DNA from: Elusimicrobiota bacterium
Lineage (GTDB): Bacteria > Elusimicrobiota > Elusimicrobia > Elusimicrobiales > UBA9959
Reading direction: 5' to 3'
NCBI GenBank assembly: GCA_037137395.1
Contig: JBAXKK010000031.1
Coordinates: forward strand, 1 to 26,382
Length of the DNA stretch: 26,382 nt
Made by a program: the position numbers and the translations under genes. The notes under the pieces were generated by a model. The model was not told the DNA's origin. It was given only the letters and a program-made list of their open reading frames with translations, and did not search any database. Within the stretch, counting starts at the first letter, position 1. The number at the start of each line of letters is the position of its first letter. Positions 1 to 6,452 of the stretch are shown here, one piece after another.

Positions 1-1190
1 CTGGAGTATTCCATAAGACGCATCGCTTCTTTAAGATTCGGATCAAGCTCTACGGCGTCGTTCAGTTCCAGCACGGCCTCGTAATAGCTTCTCTCTTTTA
101 TAAACTCTTTGGCCCGGACCAGCTTCCATCTGGCCTTCTCCTGCTGAGGCGTAAAGTGCGGCGTGACTTCCACCGGCTTGCCGAATTTATATGAGATCCC
201 GAATCTATGCGTATAGCCGAAGTCGCCGTACTTGGAAAGCGCGTAATCTATCTGAACGACCTTAAGATTGAAGCCTATCCCGAATCTCAGGCCGTTGCCG
301 AGATCGACATCCCCCGCGTAGCCTACCCTTCCGGAAACCAAGCCCTTGACGACATATTCAAGGCCCGCTAGATAAGCCGCCTTGTCATCGTTCGGCTTTT
401 TAAGATCCACCGCTAAGGTCAGGGGGTCGCCCCAAGCCGGGATGGTCCACGCGACGCCGGCCCTCTGCACCGACGGCGGGGCATCCTTGACGGAATTGAA
501 TTTAAAGCCCTGCCCCAGCGACTGAGCTGAAACGCCCAGCCCGATCACGCCGCCGAACAGCTCGGAAATGGAAAGTACGCCGACATCATAAAGTAGCGTG
601 GAAGCCGAAAATTCATCCAGGACCTCGCGGGCATACTTCACCCCGCCACCCACAAATATCCCGAACTTCAGATCATTCCATGGGCCATAGACCCTTTTGG
701 CATAGCTCAGTGAATACGCGGAATCCCCCGCTTTCACTGAACCGGCATAACCTCCGAAACTGTCATAACCCGCGAAAGATTTCATCTGGAGAAGCGAAAC
801 GGAAACCGCCAGCGCGCTTGTCTTTGAAAGCGGGTGTGCGTAGGCGATCTGCTGCATAGAGATGTCCTCAAGCCAGGAATTGTAGGTAACCGCCAATTCA
901 CTATAGCGCGTCCTGCCCAGAGCCGCCGGATTAAGAGCCAAAGCGCCTAAAAGATCGCCGGAAAGCCCGGCGCCTGACTCGCCCATCGCTGAAGCCCTTG
1001 GGCTCTGTATCACCCTGAAAAAATAGCCGCCGGATTTGCCGGCTTCGGCGTACACAGCCGCTGCCGGCAGGCAATAGCAGACAACCAGTATCAGCAGCAA
1101 GCGGCGCGAAGCGGCGACAATGGAACAGAAAAAAGACGCACGCGAACCGTGGTCTTTTATCCCCGTTCCTTTCGCTTCGACCTTTTTCAT
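1..1190 (-). CDS. PorV/PorQ-family outer-membrane beta-barrel protein with C-terminal TPR-like helices (3' end beyond window)
   Basis: Not in the ORF track; translated by hand from ATG at 1190 (AAGGA upstream): signal peptide ...LLLILVVCYCLPAAAVYA, then SPRASAMGESG...NPAALG (PorV/FadL-like N-terminal motif), alternating beta-strands ending IDYALSKYGDFGYTHRFGISYKFG, then AKEFIKEKSYYEAVLELNDAVELDPNLKEA (TPR-like). Frame open to position 1. Confidence 0.85.
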   Translation of the reverse strand, partial: MKKVEAKGTGIKDHGSRASFFCSIVAASRRLLLILVVCYCLPAAAVYAEAGKSGGYFFRVIQSPRASAMGESGAGLSGDLLGALALNPAALGRTRYSELAVTYNSWLEDISMQQIAYAHPLSKTSALAVSVSLLQMKSFAGYDSFGGYAGSVKAGDSAYSLSYAKRVYGPWNDLKFGIFVGGGVKYAREVLDEFSASTLLYDVGVLSISELFGGVIGLGVSAQSLGQGFKFNSVKDAPPSVQRAGVAWTIPAWGDPLTLAVDLKKPNDDKAAYLAGLEYVVKGLVSGRVGYAGDVDLGNGLRFGIGFNLKVVQIDYALSKYGDFGYTHRFGISYKFGKPVEVTPHFTPQQEKARWKLVRAKEFIKERSYYEAVLELNDAVELDPNLKEAMRLMEYS

Positions 1191-1213
1191 ATTCCTTCCG
1201 CCCGTTCCCGCTA

Positions 1214-1263
1214 CCACCGCTCACTGGTTTACTGACCACTGTCCACTAACCACTGTCCACTGT
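1214..1263. repeat. Degenerate heptamer tandem array (YYACTGN)
   Basis: ccaccgc tcactgg t ttactga ccactgt ccactaa ccactgt ccactgt; same unit family as 23659-23749. Confidence 0.8.
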
Positions 1264-1264
1264 C

Positions 1265-2650
1265 TTACTTCACCACCATCAATTTACCCGTCTTTCTGTT
1301 CTTGCCGGAAACAATCTCCCAGATGTAAACGCCGCTGGCCACTATCTGCCCGGCTGAATTCCTGACATCCCACTTTTTTTCAGACTTATCTTCCGGGCCC
1401 ACTTCGAGCGCCCGTACAAGGTCGCCGGCTATCGTGAAAATACGGATTTTACCGTAGGTGGGAAGCTGTGTGAAAGTTATCAGGCGAATCCAGTCGCCGT
1501 AACGATTGCTGTTGCCGGAGTTAGGACTGAAAGGCACGGGGAAGGCATAGACGAGGGAAACATCAGTATTCGGCACCCCCATCAGCGCGTAGGAGGAAAA
1601 ATGTTCCACTTCAAAATCAACCTCTCTGGCTGTCTCATCAATATTAGCTCCTGTCCTTTTGACCCATAGCCCGTTTGTTTCGTCCAGGTGCCAAACAGCC
1701 AGATCCTTAACTCTGACGGGCGGGAAACTGCCGTCCACAATGCCATCGCCATCCTCGTCAGCGTATGGGAACGAGACAACGCAAGGCAGGGAAGGCTGGA
1801 TGTCCCTGCCGACAGCGTCAAACGCTGAAGCGTTTAAAACCCTGAGCGCCGAGGCAAAGACGCCCGGCATGGAAGTAAGCTTGCTGTTCGCGGCCGCGAC
1901 CGCGGGCGAGGTTTGCGCCGTTGAAATTATCACGCCAAAATCGGAAGAATAAGCGCCGGGAGGGATTTCAACTTTCGTTTTAAAATCGCCCAAAGACAGA
2001 GCAACATTTTTTTCCAGGTGATCCATTTTGACGGTAAAATAATGCGTGCTGTCCTGCGAAAGCGGTATTCCGTTGATATCCACGACCGCGGAAGAATAGC
2101 GGACGGCGTAAACACTCCCTTTATTCCAGCCGGCGGTAGAATTAAGCGCGACCACCGTATCGTTAGGAACGAGAGCCGCGCTGACGGCCTGCGTTGAATT
2201 TACCGGCGCGCCAAGGTGATCGCGGACCTCTACAACCTCAAGCCCCGGCGACACCGCTTCAGACGAGACTTCGTTTGTAAAAAAGAATTTTACGGAATCG
2301 CCGGCTTCAGCACCCAAAAGCGCGCCCTCGGAAATCATGGGGCTGATTGCGCCGGAGACTTGCGCGAACGCGACATTCATAAAAAGATTTTTTGACGGTA
2401 TTTGGGAAAGATAACCCGAGAGCATGCTGGACGACGATGTCTCCATTTTATACAACGAAGCGGAAGGTTCGCCCACCGTGTAACTTGTCTGATACTCCCC
2501 CGTACTGCTCTCAATCAGGCATGAGGCTCCCCCCACCTGGCGGATATTATCCCATTGGGCGCGCGCCGGCCGCGCCACAAGAACAAGCAGCACCGCCAGC
2601 AGCACGGCGAATTGATTTTTTTTAGTTTCGCCCCTATTAATACGGGTCAT
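1265..2650 (-). CDS. Secreted protein with Ig-like region and T9SS-type / FlgD-Ig-like C-terminal sorting domain
   Basis: Likely start ATG 2650 (MTRINRG...; ORF track starts at 2689); signal peptide AVLLAVLLVLVARPARA; DEDGDGIVDG Ca-binding-like motif; VEHFSSYALM; C-terminus YAFPVPFSPN...IRIFTIAGDLVRAL...WDVRNSAGQIVASGVYIWEI...KTGKLMVVK resembles CTD consensus. Confidence 0.75.
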   Translation of the reverse strand: MTRINRGETKKNQFAVLLAVLLVLVARPARAQWDNIRQVGGASCLIESSTGEYQTSYTVGEPSASLYKMETSSSSMLSGYLSQIPSKNLFMNVAFAQVSGAISPMISEGALLGAEAGDSVKFFFTNEVSSEAVSPGLEVVEVRDHLGAPVNSTQAVSAALVPNDTVVALNSTAGWNKGSVYAVRYSSAVVDINGIPLSQDSTHYFTVKMDHLEKNVALSLGDFKTKVEIPPGAYSSDFGVIISTAQTSPAVAAANSKLTSMPGVFASALRVLNASAFDAVGRDIQPSLPCVVSFPYADEDGDGIVDGSFPPVRVKDLAVWHLDETNGLWVKRTGANIDETAREVDFEVEHFSSYALMGVPNTDVSLVYAFPVPFSPNSGNSNRYGDWIRLITFTQLPTYGKIRIFTIAGDLVRALEVGPEDKSEKKWDVRNSAGQIVASGVYIWEIVSGKNRKTGKLMVVK

Positions 2651-2843
2651 ACATAAAGTATACCCCCAAAACAGAGTTAGCACAATCAAGAAAGTATCAA
2701 GATTTAATCAGGAATACAACAGGATACAGGAACCGGGAAGTAGGTAAAAAAACCACAAGACACGCCGCTTTCTAATGCGACTCAAACTTTACAGGCGGAG
2801 TTGGGCCCCGATAATGTGCGAAGGGGCGTTTTATTCCGACAAT

Positions 2844-2897
2844 CTGGACCCCGGCGTCCCCACCAGTTTCACGGTGGGGCAGGTCGCCGGGGAGACG
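2844..2897. repeat. REP-like palindrome half with nested ~26-bp mini-palindrome
   Basis: ctggaccccggcgt[ccccaccagtttcacggtggggcagg]tcgccggggagacg; homologous to 5886-5967. Confidence 0.75.
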
Positions 2898-2933
2898 GAC
2901 CAAACGAAAACTCCGGGGCCCCGATAGTGCGAG

Positions 2934-3296
2934 CTACTGAAGGAGCTGTTTGACTTTAGCTATCAGCACGGCGGAGCCCACGGGTTTGGTGAGGAAAAAT
3001 TGTATGCCGTAGGAGTACGCGTCAACCTGATCAATCTCGCTTTCTCTGACCGTATACATTATCAGCGGAATTTTCTGAAACCGGGGGTTTTGCTTCATCG
3101 CCTTAGCCAATTCCACTCCTGTAATGCCGGGCAGGTTCCAATCCAGTATCGCCAGATCCGGCACCACGGCGTCCAAAAGCCGCATAGCCTCTTCGGCGCT
3201 GAGTGAGGAAACCACTTTGTAACCTTCCGGCTCAAGCACCCGCCTAAGCACCCGGTGAAAGTCTTCCTCATCATCCACGACAAGTATCATTTTCAT
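2934..3296 (-). CDS. Single-domain response regulator (CheY-like receiver)
   Basis: ILVVDDE, AILDWNLPG (phosphoacceptor D), IMYT, FFLTKP: all canonical receiver residues present. Confidence 0.92.
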   Translation of the reverse strand: MKMILVVDDEEDFHRVLRRVLEPEGYKVVSSLSAEEAMRLLDAVVPDLAILDWNLPGITGVELAKAMKQNPRFQKIPLIMYTVRESEIDQVDAYSYGIQFFLTKPVGSAVLIAKVKQLLQ

Positions 3297-3299
3297 GTT

Positions 3300-4769
3300 T
3301 TATCCCCTGGGAAGCGCAAAGTAAAACCGGCTGCCAGCCCCCTCCGCGCTTTCAACCCATATATCCCCGCCATGCGCCTCAACGATGCTCTTGGCTATAT
3401 ATAGGCCCAACCCCACGCCTTTGGCGCCTTTAACCAGATACCCTGCGGTCTTAACCTGCTCGAATTTACCGAACACCCTTTCAAGATCCTCCGCCGGAAT
3501 GCCCACACCGGTATCCGATATGCAAATTAGCGCGTAGCCTGCCTGAGCCCCGGCGACGCTGGACGGCTGATGCCTTTTACACAAAATTGTCAGTCTCAAA
3601 TCGTCAACTATCTCAGCCGACACCGTTATTTTGCCCCCAGGCCGCGTATACTTGAGGGCGTTTGAAATCAGATTAAGGAGCACCTGCTTTACGCGTTCGC
3701 CGTCAGCTATTATCTTCGGAAGAGGGACAAGCGACTTCTCAGTCTTAAGCTTCACTCCCAAGCCTTCCGCTTTTACGGCAAAGACGCGGATAGCCTGCGC
3801 GACAAGTTCCGCCATATCCACCTTAGATTTTTTTATACCGAAAACACCGCGCTCCATTTTTGCCGTGTCCAGCAGATCGTTTATAAACGCGAAAAGCCGC
3901 CTGGTGTTCTGCTGTATATAGGCCACATCCCCGATCCATTCGGCCAGCGTCTGCTTCATGCCGGCATCCGCCTTTCCCTGAGCGCGGACAAACCCCACGC
4001 TCAGGAGGTCAACATAGGATTCCACCGCGCTGAGCGGAGATTTAAGCTCGTGCGTGACGGAGGAGACAAAATCCTTCTTCATCTCGTCAAGCTGGCGCAG
4101 CCTGGCCACCATGGAATTGAAGTCCCTTTTAAGCATATCCATCTCATCCCCGCCGCCGGACGGCGCGGAGGTATCCATCTTAACGCTGAGATCCCCCTTT
4201 CCTACCTGACGCGCCGCCATGGATAATTTCAGCACAGGCGCGACCAGACTCAGGGCGAAGAAATAAGCCGTGACTATGCTGATCAAAAAAACCATCAGGG
4301 AAACTTTTAGAATTCCCAGAAAGATCCGGTCAAGCGCGGACCGCATCCCCGCCGTGACAGCCTTTTTTGAAAAAACCGTACGAACCAGATACCTGTTCCC
4401 GCCGACCATTATCTCCTTTGAGATGGTCTCATCGTCCGGCCCGTTAAATTCCTGCGGCGCCGCGACTACGATCCGAACAAGCTGTTTGTCCGTGTGGGAA
4501 AGATATTTTTGCCCGTCAAAAACGTAAGCCGCGGCCAGGGCGGAATTTTTCGGAAGCTTGAAGGTGTAACTTATCAGCGAAAAGTCATCGCCGCTAAGCA
4601 GGCTCTCCTCCGCCACCTGCGCCAGCGACTCGGCTATGGTCGCGTGCCTCAGACCCTCCTGCGCGTAAATAACACGGCTCTGCGAAAAGTAAAGGATGCT
4701 GCAAAAAAGGACCAGCACCAAAATTACAAGAGCGGCCATCATGAGGCTCATTTTAATTTTTATCGACAT
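3300..4769 (-). CDS. Membrane sensor histidine kinase (2 TM, HAMP, HisKA, HATPase_c)
   Basis: Likely start MSIKIK at 4769 (TGATG overlap with upstream stop); HAMP ...GDEMDMLKRDFNSM; H-box VTHELKSPL; N-box NLISNALKYT; G1 DTGVGI; G2 GVGLGL. Confidence 0.93.
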   Translation of the reverse strand: MSIKIKMSLMMAALVILVLVLFCSILYFSQSRVIYAQEGLRHATIAESLAQVAEESLLSGDDFSLISYTFKLPKNSALAAAYVFDGQKYLSHTDKQLVRIVVAAPQEFNGPDDETISKEIMVGGNRYLVRTVFSKKAVTAGMRSALDRIFLGILKVSLMVFLISIVTAYFFALSLVAPVLKLSMAARQVGKGDLSVKMDTSAPSGGGDEMDMLKRDFNSMVARLRQLDEMKKDFVSSVTHELKSPLSAVESYVDLLSVGFVRAQGKADAGMKQTLAEWIGDVAYIQQNTRRLFAFINDLLDTAKMERGVFGIKKSKVDMAELVAQAIRVFAVKAEGLGVKLKTEKSLVPLPKIIADGERVKQVLLNLISNALKYTRPGGKITVSAEIVDDLRLTILCKRHQPSSVAGAQAGYALICISDTGVGIPAEDLERVFGKFEQVKTAGYLVKGAKGVGLGLYIAKSIVEAHGGDIWVESAEGAGSRFYFALPRG

Positions 4770-5488
4770 CAGGTTATCCGGAACCCCTCTCCCCACACAT
4801 TTTCGATCCGCGATCCCAGCGGACCCAGTTTTTTTCTCAGATCGGTGAGATGCTGCAGGAGGGAATGCTTTACTTCCGCCTGAAACATCCTGTCCGGCCA
4901 CAGCTTATTCTTAAAATCCATGTAGGTGACAAGCGCGCCTTTGCGTGAAACCAAAAGAGTTAAAATCTTGAATTCATTTCCGGTCAGGGCCACTTCCCTG
5001 ACGGAGGCCGCGTCCTCCGACACCATACATCTCCGGGCCGCGATATCAACGATGATAGAGGCATCGTTCAGGGATATCTTTTTTCTGCTTTTTCTAACTC
5101 CCACGACGGAGAAATTAACCAGCGCCTTCACCTGTTCCGCTATCACACGAAACCGCCATTCTCCGGTAATAACATCGTTAGCACCGCTGTTTAAAATGGA
5201 CACCACCTGACCCGGCGGCAGAACGGCGGCGCTCATGACGATTATCACATTTTTCCGCCCCAGCCTCCTGAGATGGCCGCACGCTTCTTCGGTTGTTTTA
5301 AATCCCGTCAAATCAGCCAAGTCAGCCATATCCAGCAGCATGGCGTCAAATCCAGCTTTCAGCGCGTCCTTAAATTTTCCGGGGTCGCAAGCGCATTCAA
5401 AATCCGCGGAAGAATTCTTAAAGGCCGCAGCGCAAAACCCCGCGACCGCCAGATTACGAGTGACCAGAACGACTTTCATATTTGCCAT
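4769..5488 (-). CDS. Atypical OmpR/PhoB-family response regulator (degenerate receiver + winged helix)
   Basis: C-terminal LTGNEFKILTLL...LRKKLG...IENVWGEGFR is an OmpR wHTH; receiver keeps LLD but lacks the acidic pocket (VTRN) and the conserved Lys (DVITGE). Start may be 5479. Confidence 0.85.
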   Translation of the reverse strand: MANMKVVLVTRNLAVAGFCAAAFKNSSADFECACDPGKFKDALKAGFDAMLLDMADLADLTGFKTTEEACGHLRRLGRKNVIIVMSAAVLPPGQVVSILNSGANDVITGEWRFRVIAEQVKALVNFSVVGVRKSRKKISLNDASIIVDIAARRCMVSEDAASVREVALTGNEFKILTLLVSRKGALVTYMDFKNKLWPDRMFQAEVKHSLLQHLTDLRKKLGPLGSRIENVWGEGFRIT

Positions 5489-5493
5489 TAGTT

Positions 5494-5678
5494 AACCTGA
5501 ATCCTGCAGTTTAAGGTATATCTCATTGATAAAATCAGGGGACAGAATTATTCTGCAGGATTCCCCGCAACAGTGGGTCGAGGATCAAGCGCTATGCGCG
5601 ATGTATCCGAGAAGGTGTATGCCTCCCGCATGGGCGCCTGCTATGCGGGCGGAAAGTTGCAACTGCAACTTTCAGGTT
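5494..5678. mobile_element. ~185-bp MITE-like / structured repeat element, copy 1
   Basis: Imperfect 18-bp terminal inverted repeat AACCTGAAtccTGCAGTT vs (rc of right end) AACCTGAAagtTGCAGTT; internal hairpins; diverged second copy at 26207-26382. Confidence 0.7.
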
Positions 5679-5846
5679 CACCGGATGTCCGCCCCCAAAC
5701 CACGCTCCCCCGCGCCAAAAGCGCCCGCCGCTTTCTGAAAGGTTACAAAAAACGGATTACTATTGCTATAACACCGCCCACAAAAGCGCACACAACACGC
5801 ACATGCCCGTCGACACACTTTTCCTAGTTCTGGTGAAGCCTTTGAT

Positions 5847-5967
5847 GTCGCCCCGGCGAAAGCCGGGGTCCAGCTATTCTTGATGCTGGATACCGGCTTT
5901 CCTCCTTCGCCCGGCTATGGAGGACAAGCCCCCCAGTTTCACGGTGGGGCCGGTCGCCGGTGAGACG
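5847..5967. repeat. REP-like double palindrome with two nested mini-palindromes
   Basis: gtcgccccggcgaaagccggggtccag...ctggataccggcttt[cctccttcgcccggctatggaggacaag][ccccccagtttcacggtggggccggt]cgccggtgagacg, just downstream of the queF stop. Confidence 0.8.
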
Positions 5968-6001
5968 ATCTGGGCTTACGCTTTTGGGATACCCCGCCCG
6001 T

Positions 6002-6409
6002 TTAAGGTTTACGCTTGTATTGTGCTTCAATTACGGAACGGAGGCCGCCGCGGGGCGTAAATTCTCCCGTGACCACGCAGGATTTGGGCTTTATGGCCGC
6101 GACAACATCGTCAAGCACGCGGTTGGCGATGTTTTCCATAAAAATACCCAGGTTGCGGTATTGCAGGAAATAGTATTTAAGCGACTTTAATTCAAGGCAA
6201 AGTTTGCCCGGCACATATTCCACCGTAATAGTGCCGAAATCCGGCAGACCTGTTTTAGGGCAGACCGAGGTGAATTCGGGATGTATGATCCTGATAGTAT
6301 AATCCCGCTTATACTGGTTTTCCCAGGCCTCAATGGGCGGAAGCTTTATTTTATTCACGCTCTGGGCCTGGGCCGAGGTATAGCCGAAACGGGTAGATTT
6401 ATTTTTCAT
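6002..6409 (-). CDS. queF: NADPH-dependent 7-cyano-7-deazaguanine reductase (short unimodular QueF)
   Basis: EFTSVCPKTGLPDF, QueF motif ELKSLKYY, FTPRGG; RBS AAGGAG upstream. Confidence 0.95.
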   Translation of the reverse strand: MKNKSTRFGYTSAQAQSVNKIKLPPIEAWENQYKRDYTIRIIHPEFTSVCPKTGLPDFGTITVEYVPGKLCLELKSLKYYFLQYRNLGIFMENIANRVLDDVVAAIKPKSCVVTGEFTPRGGLRSVIEAQYKRKP

Positions 6410-6452
6410 GAGATATCTCCTTGTTTCAACTTCCGGGCTGCCGGCAGTTGTA

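Noticed and set aside
931..1365. ORFs 931-1239 (-) and 1120-1365 (+)
   Set aside because: They overlap the real PorV-like frame and the heptamer array; no protein-like features.
5526..5827. ORFs 5526-5738 and 5573-5827 inside the structured element
   Set aside because: Indels relative to copy 2 break the frames; no transposase motifs.
5824..6030. 68-aa ORF across the REP
   Set aside because: Translation of palindromic repeat DNA overlapping the queF end.
6410..6452. preQ1 riboswitch upstream of queF
   Set aside because: Only a 43-nt spacer with an RBS; no preQ1 stem or A-rich tail seen.
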